This document shows, one piece after another, positions 33,400-47,413 of a stretch of DNA of 64,000 nucleotides (position 1 is the first letter of the stretch; each line of letters begins with the position of its first letter). The notes below the pieces were generated by a model. That model did not search any database and was not told where the DNA came from. It worked only from the letters and a program-made list of their open reading frames with translations. The stretch lies in the NCBI GenBank assembly GCA_036172245.1, contig JAYWIR010000076.1, positions 310,001-374,000 on the forward strand. The letters run 5' to 3'. Source of the DNA: Raillietiella orientalis (lineage: Eukaryota). A program made the position numbers and the translations under genes.

Positions 33400-35700
33400 A
33401 CACCACCCCTTTCTTTCGTGTCTATCCCATCCATTTGAAATGGGGACGTTGCGCTGACGTCTGCACTCCAACTGTTTGCATTCGCGTTGCCTTTACGCTG
33501 CACGGGTTCATTACGACTTGCTCAGGAAAAATGGTTGCGCTGGACTCAAAATGGACTGTCCACTTGGAGCGACATCTCTATGGAATTTACAACCTGTTCT
33601 TCCACAAACCCTGTTTCAATTGTCTGGAGTGCTGAAACATAGTCTTTTTTCCTTTTTTTCCTAATCACCACTACGCTTGTTGGAAACATTCCACAATCAA
33701 CGCATTCAACCAACCTTTCCACCACCCATTTTTTCGTTTGAATGATCTATACAAAGATGTGATGCGTCCTTTCCTTCAGTCAAGGAATCACAAGCCATAA
33801 CACTGTCTACCTCAAAACAGACTGTTGGCCGGGCCACGGGCCAGCGGACAGGACGGTGTGTCCGTTTTGACAAGGATTGAGAGGCCCATCGTGAGTCTTT
33901 CTTCTGAATTCGACAAAATCTTGGCGTCCAGACGCCGTTCCAGTCCGAGGCAGATGTTTTGTCTCGCCTCGTAGGTTTCCTGGAGGCACACCAGGTCAAC
34001 ACGATCGATGGTGCGCGTGACCCTTCTTCTCTTGTCTATGTTCATCACCCCTTTGATATTCCAGGAGTCCATCTTTAGGGTCCTTGCAGACGACAGGAAG
34101 AAAACCAATGGTTTCTTAGTTGCTTTTCTGTTCTTCTTTGATGGATTCGTGCAGCTGAGTTGAGAAGCTTTCCACTACTTCACTTTCAGATTCGCTAATT
34201 TCTGCATTGTCCTTTTCTTGAAGTAGGCATGTCGCTCTTCTCAATTTCCTGATGTATTTAGAATAAAATTTTGTGTAGTTTTCCGAAATGTACTGCTCTT
34301 TGTGTAATAAGCGAATAAGTTGAAGTATACAAAATAAACAAAGGTATATATTGAAATGGAATTGTGTTTATGTTTTCTTCATACTTCTTGCCAGTTAGGT
34401 TGTGGTTGAGCGCTCCGTGGGCCCATGAGTGGTTGTCTTGTCTGAAGCAGTACTTGAGGTTGCATGTTGCAGTACCTTAGCGTGGTTAAGGTGGCATCTG
34501 GTGAGCGTTGGTCTTCGTAGTTGAGCGAGTGTTTTGTGGTCATAATATTTTATGGATCCCTCGTATATGGGATCGAAGTGTATGCCGTTTTCTGAGGACT
34601 CCATAGAGCCGTATTGCAGTATTTCCTTGGAGTCTCTTCTAAAGTCTACAGCGACGATGGGATCGCCGTTGTAGAGGTGAGCTGCATGCGCTTTCTTGCA
34701 GCTTTGCATATGGATGGCACGTCGTCGCAGGAAGAGGAATTTGGCAAACGTCGTGTTCGGGTGTTTTCTTTAGTGTCTTTGATCCAGAACATGTTCCTGG
34801 GATTTTTCTTTTCGTACAGATCTTCTCCGTGAGCATTGCCTCTTCCTGAAAATACTCTTCGGCTTTCTGCTTTTCAGTTTCGGTAGCGCGGATTTGCCTG
34901 TCTTCGGAAAAGAAGGCTCTCCTACCGCTACTTTTTGCTTCCTTCCATGTTGAGTTTCATCCTCTGTTGATGTTGCTGTGGGTCTTTTCCTGCTCTGAGG
35001 GTGAATGGAACCTTCTGTTGCTGTTCTGTCTTCTTCCTTTTCCTCTCCTCCACCACCTTTACCGGTGGTAGCCCTCTGGCCATCGACGAGTCCGATTACG
35101 TCTCACATTCTTTCTTTAGATGACGTTCCATCTTGAAAGGGTGGCATTGCAATGATTTATTGGATTCCTCCATAAGATGACCACTGTGTCCGGATTTGAA
35201 ACATTTCACCCTGGAGCAGGCACCCACTCGGTGTCCGTATTCCTTGCATCCCGTACAGAAAGTTGGTCGTAGCGTATATCGTGTTGTGACATCCCGTGAA
35301 TCCTGGTCAACTGTTGTGATGCTGGAATGTCCTCATCAGTAAACGGATTCACCTTTTTTCTTGCTACTCTTCCCAGGCTTTCCTTCATATGGTTACGGAA
35401 CGCAGCCTCTTGGACTTGCCCATGATCGGTAACGAATTCCCATATTGTTTTGCTCGTTGTATCACAGTGGATTGTGGTGAGATGGATTGCTGTGTCGGTC
35501 AGTTCTCCGAGTCCTCGCCACTTTTAACCATTTCTTGTGATTGCCTGCTCCATCAGGAATTCTTCGAACTCCACTTCGGGGTGAGAACCCGTTGCCGAGA
35601 AAGTTGACTGCTTTCATCTCGCTGAAAATAACGTTAAAATGATGGCAAGCAGCGTACACGTCACGATTACTCTCGATACGCAGCATCCCTGTTTCGAAGG
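33400..35700 (-). mobile_element. Old decayed L1-clade element (ORF1 remnant + APE N-terminus)
   Basis: SWNIKGVMNIDKRRRV...DLVCLQETY (33960-34080); knuckle relic KCFKSGHSGH near 35175-35207. Boundaries are approximate. Confidence 0.65.
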
Positions 35701-35761
35701 TGACCTGGTTTACGTCCTGGTGAACCCTCCAGTCTGGCTTCTTTCCCTACTTTAAGGAAGG

Positions 35762-35799
35762 TGCTGTAAGGTCGTCGGTATACCGACGACCTTACAGCA
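35762..35799. repeat. Perfect 38-bp palindrome TGCTGTAAGGTCGTCGGTA|TACCGACGACCTTACAGCA
   Basis: Directly visible; the 19-bp arms are exact reverse complements. Confidence 0.95.
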
Positions 35800-36865
35800 A
35801 GTGTTTCTACCGCCGTGACCCCTGCTGCGCCGGACCCTTTCTTGGCCCCAACAAGCCTCTCCCCTTGCAGGGGCCTCGTTTGCTTAAATCTATGGGTCTG
35901 GACGTGAAAGGTCGTTTTTTCCGATGGTCCACCCGCAACGTCGACGCCTTCGATGCACGCGGAAAAAAGAGTCGTGCAATACTCACATGTTGACGGAAAT
36001 TGCTAGCAAAGCACTCCCCGTGCTGCTTCTCAGAAATACTTTCCCGGGTCGAGATCACAGAGGCCTCGAAGCCACGTCAGTATGTTAAACATTTGGTAAC
36101 GTGGATCCAATCAATTCTGAAGATGTGAAAATGCCTTATAAATCAATTTGCTTAGATTGAAATTCCTGAACATCAGTGGCGCCATCTATGCATCTATCCG
36201 CTATCCATTAAAAGTTGATTCCAATTCTCGAACGAGAGCCCTTTACCATCAGTTTTGATGCTCTTTTACCAGTTGCTTGCCCTAAATGTGTGAATATCTT
36301 GTGGTTTCAATCAAATTGCTCCGGAACAGCTGCCATTCAGGAGTTTTCGGATGGAAAAACGTGGCACCATCTATTCGCCAAGTTCGTAACTAGGAATTAT
36401 TTCTGTTCAAATTGGATATGACGTCCTTGGTCGATATTCGCGGTTGATTGAATTTGCTCAATGGTCACAAATCTTTTTTCCAGGTGAACGAAGACATGCA
36501 TATGTCTTCGTTCACCACATCAAAATCGAGTGCATGGACTCGAGAATAGGAGTGACTTAATTTGTTTCCATCTGAAATACTGAAAATCATTTTCAGTTTC
36601 GCCATCGATACATGGATAACGGCACCAATACGGGAATTTGAATTTGTTGAATGACAATACCTTTGCAGCTGTTTTCATGTTGTCCAACCACCTGCTTTCT
36701 CCAGCTGCACAATGAGGCTGTTGCTTGAGCCAAATAACCCTGGAGAAAACGATAATGACAATTTTTTTTTGAAGAAACTTCCCGCATCCCAATGCTCTGG
36801 ACCGCTAGACGCTCTGGAAGAGCCCTTAGAACAAGTTTACGCCAAAAAGGACTCTGCTTGAAGAT

Positions 36866-38800
36866 TTGATTGGAGCCCAAAACAAAAGAGCTCATGGCGA
36901 TGGAGATTCTTCACTTCACGTTTCTTCACGAAATATCCGAATCTTCACAGCATCGATCTCTGATCCAGAAGTCATTTCCCAATTCCGTCCATTTCGCGTA
37001 TCCAACACGATTCGAAAACTTTTTTGTAAACTGCTTGCGAAACGACTGAGATATCTGTTCATGGACAACGGGAACAACGGACATCATCAGGGAGCATTCC
37101 TTCCTTAAACAAAACTTTGTACAATCAGAGAGCGGACTCGAGATCATTAGGAGGATCTAGCAATTACTTGGCTCGACCTTGACGATGCATTCCACTTCGT
37201 CTTTTGCGAGCTCAGAGTCTTTAAGATCCTTCTGTGCAGCGAACATCTCAATAATTCCGAAGCTCTACAACGGGTGCTTTACTTACGTCACGTGTCTGGA
37301 AGGTCTCACGAGTGATATTCCCATTAAAACTGCCTTGTCCGGCAAGGAGGTCCTTTCAGTGGTCACCTCTTCCACACGACTTTGGAACCGTTCATCCCTC
37401 TTGTTTTGGATCACCATCCCGGAGTCATGCCTCACGCCTATGGAAATGAAGTTGCCCTGCGTTCGAATGAATACGATGATCTCCAATTTGCCCTCACAGC
37501 TTTGGGGCATGCTACCTTTGTGGTTGGCCTATACGGATATGATGAAAAATTTGGGTCCCACCACCACTAGTCCTCTCTCCCGCAAGTCCTTTCATCCATT
37601 CCCTCTCTCGTCATGAAACCCACTAGCATCTAGGCAGAACAGTCTGGTTCGACTCAAGCTTCCATGATGGAGGTGTCGACACCTTCGATAGTTGTTCTCA
37701 AACTTGAGCCTAATCTTCCCATGCACCGTCAAAGGAACTCCATGACACAAAACATTTTCTAATTGCTTCCCTATTCCACGAACGGCAACTAGCACGAAAC
37801 CTCGTTCTTCATCAGTAAAATCAGATAAAATAATAAGGAACCCCATCAAGCATAGCATCCTGCCCTGGAGCCACGGTTCCGCCAATGAATACATCTATGG
37901 TCGTACATCTATGGCTGTTTCGGCGTAATGTTACTGTTCCAAGAGGAAGGAATAGGGATCGCGAACTCTGGTTTCCAATTATATAGGCGACCTGACCCTA
38001 AAGTCTTCGAACCTTCTTTCGATGTTCTGGTTGCAGCAACAGAAGTAAGGCACATTACCCTTCACTCGGAAGCTAAGGAGCAAATACCTGAACGGCTCCT
38101 GTGTGCCCTCGACCATACCAGAGGAGAACCTCGTACTGTGTGGTCAACCGTTAGGGAAGCCACGAAACATTTACGTGACCAATGGTTGATTCAGGATGGT
38201 ACTCTTCACCTTTCCCCAGATTACCAACAAGCCTGTTGTCCGAAAATCATCACACCTCCCAACCGGTGACAGTTCTTTCGTTGCATCCGTGCCGTATTCC
38301 GGGATGAAAATCGTCAACCGCTTTTCAATAAACCTAATCAAGGCAGGATGATGGAGTGTGTCGGCTTTCGTCCAGCGGCCACCAGTTTCCTCCCGACCAG
38401 CGACGGTTTGCGGTTTGGAGATTGGCGATTTGGGCACCGTGCGCGTAAGCTCACGGTGCACATTAGCTAAAGCGAAATCACAAACGTCCTGGTAAATAGG
38501 ATCCCTGTGGGCGATGTGGATACGAGAAGGACACCCTGGAACGCGTGGTCTGCCACTGCAAGGCGGTTTTCTACTCTCATCACTGAAAGGCACAACTGCG
38601 TGCTTGACCTTATGCTAAAAATGCTTTTCCCCGAATGGCCTATTGCTACGAATGACCGTGAGTTGCGTCACGATCCCTTTTTCCAAAATTCTATCACCGC
38701 AGTCATTCTTGATGTCATTGCCCCACTCGAGGGTCGTCCCCAATGCTTTCCTCGAACCCGCGCCTCCACAGTTGCAAAATACTTCAAAGAACAATAATGA
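36866..38800 (+). mobile_element. Decayed RLE-type non-LTR retrotransposon (R2/NeSL/Utopia-like)
   Basis: FRPFRVSNTIRKLFCKLLAKRL, QGAFLP, and C-terminal RHNCVLD...ILDVIAPLE...VAKY; AATAAA near 38800. Confidence 0.75.
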
Positions 38801-39146
38801 ATAAAACATCAACAAATAGATAGCCACCCAATAATCAATATGAAAGTTACAATAAGGTAACATAGTTTGAAACAATTAGAGTTAAGAAGTCATTCGATTG
38901 GGAGGTCAGAGGTTTTTAATGTTTGAAACGCTGGAGTAGTCAATCCAAGGGAGATCAAGGGGGGAGGGGATAGAAGGAAGCAAAGGGATTGTTAATAGGG
39001 GATTCAAAGTTTTTCACCATAGTCATCGTTCAGTGGACACGGGTCGGTGATGCATATTAATGGAGGAGAGGGATGAGGTTTGGCATCGGGTTGAGAAGGG
39101 AGCAACACTGAGGGTAGGGGAGGGGGCGATTTGAACCTGGGAGAAC

Positions 39147-41915
39147 TTAGTTGTATTTTCTTGAGAAATATGATGAATATAAATCTCCCGCGACCATAGG
39201 ATTTCTAGTTGGGAAGCGCATGATGCGATTTGCTTGACAACTTGTTTGGGAGAGTAAGCGGAGAACACCATCATTTAGTGGATCCCAAGCACCAAGAGTA
39301 CCGACAGCAATTGCATCATTGAGAACTTGGAGGCCTTGAGATTCCAGAAAATGCCGTAGGGGACGATATTTGTTTTGTTTAATTTCTCTCGCCAATTTGA
39401 AAGGCTTCTCACGATTTTCATAGGTGACTACCAGGTCAAGAATTAAGGCGTGGGGTTGGTCTCGATGAAAAATGTCAGGGCGAAGGGTGGAATGGGAATC
39501 AGGAATGCAACAATCACTGGAAGAAATGGACCAGAGAGGAAGTAGAGTTTCTCTAAATAAATCCAATGTGCGGTTGTGTCTATAGTGGATCGTAGTGCCA
39601 AGATGAGCAGGAGAATGAGAGAGAGCATGCACTAAAGTCTGTTTTAAGTAATGACATTCACGGCAATGTTCCATAAAGCCTTGTCTTTTTCGGTTACCAT
39701 CAAGTACTCATTGATTAATCTGGCCACGGTGAATAAACCGCTAGTCAGCGAAGCGGAGAAAAAATCCATCCTCATCGAAGCTGGGTGTCGTGCAACGCAA
39801 TCTATGGATCTAGGTCGATCAGACTTAGAAAGTAAAGACACAATCTTCTGATCTCGAAGGAGGAAGCGAATTGATTTCGCCATATGTCTGCGGTATGAGG
39901 AAAACAGATTCTTGGAGTTTTCTGGGTTATCAATAGCAAGTCCTAGGACAGTTTGTCCTTGAACAAGATCCCATTGAGTGGGCAAAAATTTGACAAGAGA
40001 GCAACAGCGTGACCAGAATGTTTTAGGATGTCCACTCCGTTTGTCAAGGGGAGGGAAGGTGGAACCGTTTAAGAACCTACAGACAATGGAGGTCAGAGGA
40101 ACAATGTGATTTTCCTCTAACAGCATCCATAAGGGTTTGAAGGGCGAGAAAGGAGATGGTACTTTAGGGACAACAAAGGAGTTTGAGGGCCGAGTCAATT
40201 GACATAATGCGAGTTTCTTCGGAAAGAGCCACAATTCCAAGACAGCCATCTTTAACACGTCCATACATATTCGGTGGACGAGGCTTCAGTGAGGGAGAGG
40301 ATGTGTTGTTTCAGAGCATCTCGAATCATTTTGTCGAATTTGGGCCATTCTTGGAAGGGTTTTGTACCTAAGCGAAGGTCATGGACATGGGAAGGAAGAA
40401 GGAACGTGTTTAAAGCGTGGAACTTCTGCCATGGAGCAATTTGCGAATGAATAATAATTTTGAATTTGTCAGCAAAACCGGAGATATCTCCGTTGTAGAA
40501 AAAGGGTCAAAGCCAACAGATTTACCTGTGAGTATTTGTAATTTTCATGATGGTATCGCTTCTCCGTATATAATGAAAGGGGAGGGGATGACTTGCGGGG
40601 GGGAAGTAACCAAGTGAAAAGACCTACACAGTCTTTGGGTTAACTTGAAGACCAAGTGAAGAAGCAGAGTTGTTGAGGAATGTTACTGCAAGTTGAAGGT
40701 CTTGAAGCACACTAGAAGTAAGGGCAACATCGTCTGCGTACATAAGGGGCATTACATTGGAAAAGGATTGTATCATTAATTGAATAACGGGTTCCAGAGA
40801 CATTTCAAATAAAAGACCGCTATGTGGAGATCCTTGCTTAACACCAGTTCGGATGTAGATAGGATCCAAGAGTTCCCCTAATGCACAAATTTGTGTGAAG
40901 GACTAATCATAAAGGTTTCTGATAATGGCAAGAAATTCCTCACCTATACCAAAATGAGGTAAGGAGAAAGAGATGAGGGCATGAGGAAGGGAAGAAAGGT
41001 TATCCATAAAGTGCAACCAGCGAATGCAGAGGTTTTCATGGTGTACTCTGGCACGCTGTAGTTGTGAAGCGAGCAAGAAATTCTGCTGAAGCACACCCTC
41101 CTATGGAAGAAACCCTTTATGTTCTGGACCTAAGATCGAAGGGGCGTAGGCACAGCAATGTTTTCGGGTGAATCCACGCTCTCGGGTTCACTTTCATCTT
41201 CCAGCAGGGCGTAACGGGAGCCATTAGCTAGAGAAGATTGTTCACGACTCCTGGCCAGTAATTTTTTGCGAGCCTGGCTCCTGTCGAGTGGGCAGGGGTG
41301 AGCAGTTTGTATTAAGGCGTTAATTTGTGGGCGCCTTCGGCGGTTTCGTACTGTCTCCCACCAATGTTAAAGGGGCGGTTCAGGTGGCTGGAATTCATGC
41401 CGAACCGTCAGAGTCGCTTGCACGGTGTCCCGTCAAGGTCGCTGATCGTGTCTCCGTTCCGGAGGGCGGGGACGCGTTCGATTCCGCTGGGGTGTATGGG
41501 GTCGCCGTTGACCTCATATTTCAAGAAGAATATTCCAGAAGGCTCAACGAGCGAGCTCGTCATGCCATCGAATGTGATTAGCAAGCGCTTTTTTATTCAA
41601 AAAACATTGTCCGCAGTTTTGTTCCGGACACCGAGGAGGTGCTGGTGCTGCCCGGGGAAAGGGCTGAGGGCCACAGCGATGGTGCCAGACCGGAATCGAT
41701 AAGGTAGCCTTACACCTTCGACAAATGAGGTAGGTGCCACGTACCGGGATGTGGTGCGCTATCCGGGATGTCGGCGTACGAAAATAGGATGCGTTTCGCT
41801 TCCACTGCGGAGGATTGCCATCAGCATCGGGGTAGTGGGCATGGCATTGTCCTGGGAGTCGGAAGGAGGACGAGGAAGACGTCCTCTTCCGTGAGCACGG
41901 CTGTTGGCCTGTCAT
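39147..41915 (-). mobile_element. Decayed RLE-type non-LTR retrotransposon (NeSL/Utopia-like), tail-to-tail with the previous one
   Basis: N-terminal C2H2 finger CPEQNCGQCFLNKKALANHIRWH; RT GVKQGSPHSGLLF...MYADD; RLE domain CREC...RHN...RPDI...LDLVVTYEN...KQNKY...VGTLGAW. Confidence 0.88.
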
Positions 41916-43495
41916 CCATATTTCCTAGTTGATTTCCAGATTGTGCTACCGTCGTTGTCACCACGAGCAGAGTAACCGAGCTGTCCGAAGCAGGGGTTGT
42001 CGACGAGACTTATGCCGAGGAATAATCCGGCGGTTGGAACAGGTCGGAGTTGCATCAGTATGGTAACTGAGTGTTTTACCACCGGTGCTGAAACAGCAGT
42101 TAGTACACAGGTACAGAACTCACGAGTTCACAAAGAACCAGGGGCAACGATTTCCTTCGAGGTGTCCCTCTTACCTTCCCGTCATGACTGATATCTGGCT
42201 CCGCCATGGCTGCAGACATGCGAGTAGTGGAAAAAACTTTACCGATACCGGGAAGCGACCGTCCGCCATTTTGCCCGAGACAGCAAGCTGCTGGTGCTTT
42301 CCAGGGTTGCAGCACGGGAAGAAAGCGGCAATGCTTATTGCCTTCAACTCGGCATACGCCGCGATCCGACCGTGAGGCGCGCGCTTCGCCTCCGACTATC
42401 GCCACCTATTTCAGCATGCTCCTTCCATCCCCTATTGCTTGCGACGAAAAGCACAAAAGGAACATGCGCGGCCAAGGGAGATGGGCCGCTTTCCCGGCTG
42501 TTCTTCGCGTCGTACTCTATGCTTCCTGCAACCTTCGGATAGCAGGTCATCTGCTTGCGACCTGGTCACCTCTCGCAAAGAGGGCACTTTCATGTCTCTT
42601 GCTCTGCAATTTTCGGTCGATGCCCTGGGAGCGTGAGAAGCAGCCCGGCCGGCCGGAAACGTGTCTGTAGTGAGGTGGGAAGCCTTTCTTAAAGCGCGAT
42701 TCAGAGTCTGCTAGGAGGCGAGGAGACAGAGAGATACACAGAGAGAGAGCGTGGAAAAAAAAGTGTGCTTTTGAGTGCTGCTGGCGCATAAATCGCACGT
42801 TCGCTTCGCAGACTGCTTGCTTGGCCCTGGGACCTCGATTCGCACAGGAATGAGGCCCTTTCCACTTACCCGGTCCTTCTGGTCAACTTTCAAACCCACA
42901 GGCTGTAGGGGCTTTCCACTTTCCGATCCTCGCTGGCAGGAACCTTGGAAACACAAACCTAGCGCGTCCCTCGTAAGAAGAACTTGCGCCCGGGAAACTC
43001 GTCGTGAAAGACGAAGACGAAGGGCTCGTTGCCCTGCGACCGATCCGCATCCGAGACCGAGGTGGGCGAGCACGGGATCCAGAGGCAAACGGATGAAGCA
43101 TTTATTGTGCCCCACGTAAATCCGATCGACCGAAATGGATGCGCTAGGGTGACCGCTGCGTCGAGTCCCTCCGTTTGCTTCTGTCGACCCAAGGTGCACT
43201 TTTGCATAAATTGGAGGCGCACCGAAGCTGCAGATCGCAAAAGCGGAACGTTACCCAGGGAGGAAGGCGAGGATCGCTTTGCCCAGCAGCATGGGTCTCG
43301 AGACGTCTCTCGCTCACCGTTCTCCGTATCTCTTTCAGGACCTCCGCAGCACAGTCGGCGTGCGGAGCGCTCCGTGATCGTGCAAAGGCGTGGCGCAGCT
43401 TGCCGCCCTCATGATTGAAACTCATGTCTGGAGTGAGACGGCCCGAAGCACGGGGTGGTGGCGTCACGATCGGCAGCGAACATGGAGCGATGCGG

Positions 43496-45162
43496 AAGCA
43501 CCGGAAACGACGGAGAGACTGCTGGAGCGGGGAGGCTGCTCTCAGGAAAGGGGAAAAGCGAAGAGGAGGGGGCATAGGAGTGGGGCTGGGGAGCGCGGAG
43601 AGAAAAGAGAAAAACAAAGTGCTCCATCTGTCCGGTCCGCCTGCGGGGAGGCAACCGTCATCGCTGCATTCGGAGATGCAAGTGCACGACGGACCTTGGC
43701 GGAGTCGCGATTTATCCGGGAAACTAGCGCGCGTGCACGTGTACCCAGGGCGAGTGCGCCGCTCTCGAACCGTGAAAGCGCAAATCCGGATGAAAAGGAG
43801 GAGGCGACGGGCAGCGAAAGCAAGGAGGGCGTTTCAGACCGGGCTTTAACACCACTTGGTGGTGCCCCGCTAGTTCGAGATCACCTCGGGGCAATAGAAT
43901 CCGTGGGGAAAGCAGAGTGGGGGATGCGGAAGAAGCCTGCAGCAAGAAGGGTTGAGCGAAAGCGCGGCAGCGGCTGGACGCCGGTCTTGTGGGAAGGCTG
44001 CGCACGCTAACTGGCTCGTACGCGGTAGCTAATGCTGCTGCGCTGGTCTGCTTCACCCTTGAAGCCTGTTCCCGCCCTCGTCCGCGCACTTTGCGAAGGG
44101 AGCGGATGCAACGCGGTCACACGGTACAGCTTACCGCCGCGTGCTGCAGAAGGAGCCACATAGCTCCGGGACAAACACAACTGTCCGCGAGGATCCGAAG
44201 ACCGGGCTCGAGCCCTCGGTCTTCGGATCGTGCGCGCTCGACCGCACGTCCGCTCTTTCCGTCACGAGCCGCGAGCTACGGACTACGAGCGGTCGTACGT
44301 AAGAGCGGGCGGACCTGCTTGCTGCGGACTTGTCCTTGCTGCAAGAAGGACCGGCAATGAAGAGTCCAGGAAGAAAGGATGCTTTCCCAAACTCAGTAAT
44401 CGCAAGTAGGACTCATAGGCATTTCGAATGCCGCATACGCGTGCAGCATCAGACGGTTTGGAAACGTGCCTACGCATTACGGATGTGTTTCTGTACTTCC
44501 TCTTGCACTTCTTCTTTTCTTTTTTGTGGCAATTGCTTGTCCTTTTTTCGCTGCTTTCAAATTCGCCACAGAAAGATGGCAAAGCATCCAGACATTACGT
44601 TCTTGTGCCTTTGGCAAATGATCTTTTAACGGGCTCTCGTGGCTCAAATTCTACGCTCAATCCTTTTGCATTCCCTTCTGTTTCTCTCTCTTTTTTCCCT
44701 TGTTTCCATCGCTGAAATCCTCTGAAATCTTTGTCTTTCCTTATCGGTTCAGTTTCGACGTTCAAGCTCTCCTACTGTGACCTCGTGAAAGTGAGACGTT
44801 CGCGTCTTGCGAAGAGTAACGCAGGACAGCAACGCTCCTGATCACCCCCACACCCTGACTTTGCGATCCCATTCCTCCGTGCTAGTCGTTTGCGATCGTC
44901 GCAATTCGTTCCCGCAGAGGGATCGCATGCGTATCCGGTAAACTCAGCGCCGATGGGACAAACTACTAGGTCGTGCGCTTGAATCTCCGAATGCAGCGAT
45001 GGCAGCAGCCTTCCCGCAGGCGGACCGGACAGACGGAGCACTTTGTTTTTCTCTTTACTCTCCGCGCTCCTCAGCCCCATTCCTTTGCAGCTTCCTCTTC
45101 TTCTTTCCCTTTTTCGGGGAGCAGCCTCCCCGCCCCAGCAGCCTCTCAGTGTTTCAGTGCTT
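43496..45162. repeat. ~195-bp imperfect inverted repeat pair (43496-43690 and 44970-45162)
   Basis: GAGAAAAACAAAGTGCTCC[A/G]TCTGTCCGGTCCGCCTGCGGG and flanks occur on opposite strands, roughly 80-85% identical by eye. Confidence 0.85.
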
Positions 45163-45765
45163 TCATTTTCTGTTCTTCTTTTCCGGTTACTACGGAGCGT
45201 CAGGAAAATTCCCTTACCCTGAATACGATTTAGGAAGTTTTTTGTTCTCGGTCCCCACCTCCCACACCCATTTGGAACCTACAGCTTTCCTGGCATGCGA
45301 ACCGTTGGTGTTTTTGAGTTTTGCTTTTTGGTAGGCTTCAGCGGGAGGAAGCAACTGTTCCCTGCTTGTTCATGGAAATAAACGTCCCCTCGTGACAGGG
45401 AAAAAACTTCATGCCAAACATTGTCGTGAATTCCTTCTCGAACGGGAGAGGTTGGGGTGCAGGAGAGAACATTCGGACGTGTAGTGCGCGCGAGCTCAAC
45501 AGCATTGCATTGTCCCCGCGCGCAGCATCCCTCCATTAGCCTCCTCCTCTGCAGAAAGAGTCGATAGGCTTTCTTCTTGGTTCTGGAAGCGGCATTTGAA
45601 CGGACGAAGGCAGTGAGCGGTTCCCCGCGTCTCGCCTCTCCATTGCTTTTCCTCGGGTCGCACACCCCGTGCCTGCTGTCGTCAGGCAGCCGTCGACGCA
45701 CGCTGAGCGCCTCCGGCACGGGACATGGGTCTGACAGAGGACCTGCGTATGCTTGGTTTTCCGCG

Positions 45766-46860
45766 GGTTCGCTGCTGGCGATTGTGCCTCTGCAGCATCA
45801 GGAGTGCACAGAGTGCTACCATCAGGGCACCTGCCTCTGGTGCCTCTCTCACCTCAACTGCGTTGTTCGCAGGGGCACCTTCGTGGATGGGTGCGGCTTC
45901 GGCGTCTGCTGCAAAGTTCAGGCACGACACCCGCCCGGCTGTTCCAGATTTTCGCACCCTGAATCCGGATCCCAGTGTTCATCACGTGGAATCGCACCAT
46001 CTCTGCCAACAACACGTTCTCTGTCAACACACTGGAGGTCGTGTATGCTAAAGGAACCTTCCAGGAAAAGCTAAACAAAGGCGACTCGTCCGCGTTCCAG
46101 TAGAGATATGCGGAAAGGGAGGACACGCGGTGAATAAGGAGGATCTGGAGGATGGAAGCACGGAGACATACGCCAATTCCCCCCCCCCCCATTGCAGGAA
46201 CGACGGCGTGCCCATTGCTGCATAGCGGTGGGAGAGCATGGCAACTGGTGCGTTGCCAAGGTGGAGTGCGCCCGGAGATCACCAATCGCGTGCCTTCTGT
46301 GCAAGGGGGAACTTTGCAGGAATGCCACAGTAGGTGGCATGTGTCTGCATTCAACGGGGGCGCATATCCTTCCGAATCTGTCGCCTCCACAACTCCTTTC
46401 CTCCGGCAACTTCGAAGGCAGAACCGGGAACGCACGGCCCTTCGTGCTATCTCTGGCACTGCACGATAAAGGCATCTGCTGAACGGATTCGCTCTCCGTT
46501 TCTTCCGGAGGGAAGGGTCCAGCCATCCGCTACCTCTGAAATGCGCTTCGAACAAGAGCAACCACTTTGAGCAACCGTCGAGGTCCCTCTCTCCGATTGC
46601 CTTTCGGCAAATGTGCGTCCGCGTTTTACCGGATGTCCGGAAACTCGCTTGCATGCCTTGCTTGAGGAAAAAGGGGAAGAATGGGAGACGTCTGTCCAGA
46701 AATTCCTGCTGGACGGCGGCTTCCTGCCCGACCATCCTTCCATTGTACGTCCCTTCCGACACGGACGTTTATCAACACATTATTACGGCGACCTTGGGGT
46801 CCTTGTCCATGGACCTCATTTGCATGTGGATAATCCGAATACTGCAGATGCACCTATTGC
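45766..46860 (+). pseudogene. Decayed paralog of the CUB-domain gene
   Basis: GSLLAIVPLQHQEC...GTC...GCGFGVCC (exon 2-like); ISANNTFSVNTLEV...GTFQEKLNK...FQ* (exon 3-like, with a stop); LYVPSD...WIIRILQM (exon 5-like). Confidence 0.7.
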
Positions 46861-47235
46861 GCCTGGCCTGGACTCGTTCGTTCTTTGCTCTTCCAAAAGG
46901 AATGCGAAAAGCGAAGTATTATCCCAGTATGTAGAATCCCAGGAGCTCGATATGAAAAGTATTGTAAGGCGAGTCCATCTGGCCTTTGCGTTCGATTCTT
47001 CCCACCGCACCATCCACGAGGTTTCCTCAGCTCTTCCGAAATCACGCAAACAGCAGCGACATCGCAACGCCGAATATTTCATTCTCAACCTTAAAGTGCC
47101 TATCTGCACCGAATACATGAGCATCCTCAAGCAGCATCACGCCCATTGCATGTGGTTCGCAGCAGTTATCCTTGCAAACCTCCGGCGGCAAGAGTCACAG
47201 TCCTTTCTCAACCCACGAGAGGTACAGAGCAAACT

Positions 47236-47241
47236 TTTATT
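47236..47241 (-). terminator. Polyadenylation signal AATAAA of the CUB gene
   Basis: Lies about 25 nt downstream of the TAG stop. Confidence 0.7.
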
Positions 47242-47265
47242 GCTATACCAGATATCAGCAGATCA

Positions 47266-47366
47266 CTAATTCACTTGATTGTACATGAGGTTGAACCCAA
47301 CGTTCCTCGCCATGGTCATCACAGCGTTGTTTGTTTTGATGTGCAGCATGAATGGAAACACGGCAG
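47266..47366 (-). CDS. CUB-domain protein, exon 7 (last)
   Basis: ttcag acceptor; (T)AVFPFMLHIKTNNAVMTMARNVGFNLMYNQVN* with the typical PF...GFxLxYxQ end. Confidence 0.88.
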
Positions 47367-47413
47367 CTGAAAGCACAGATGACTCCGAAAACCTATACTG
47401 ATCGTTATCTTAC

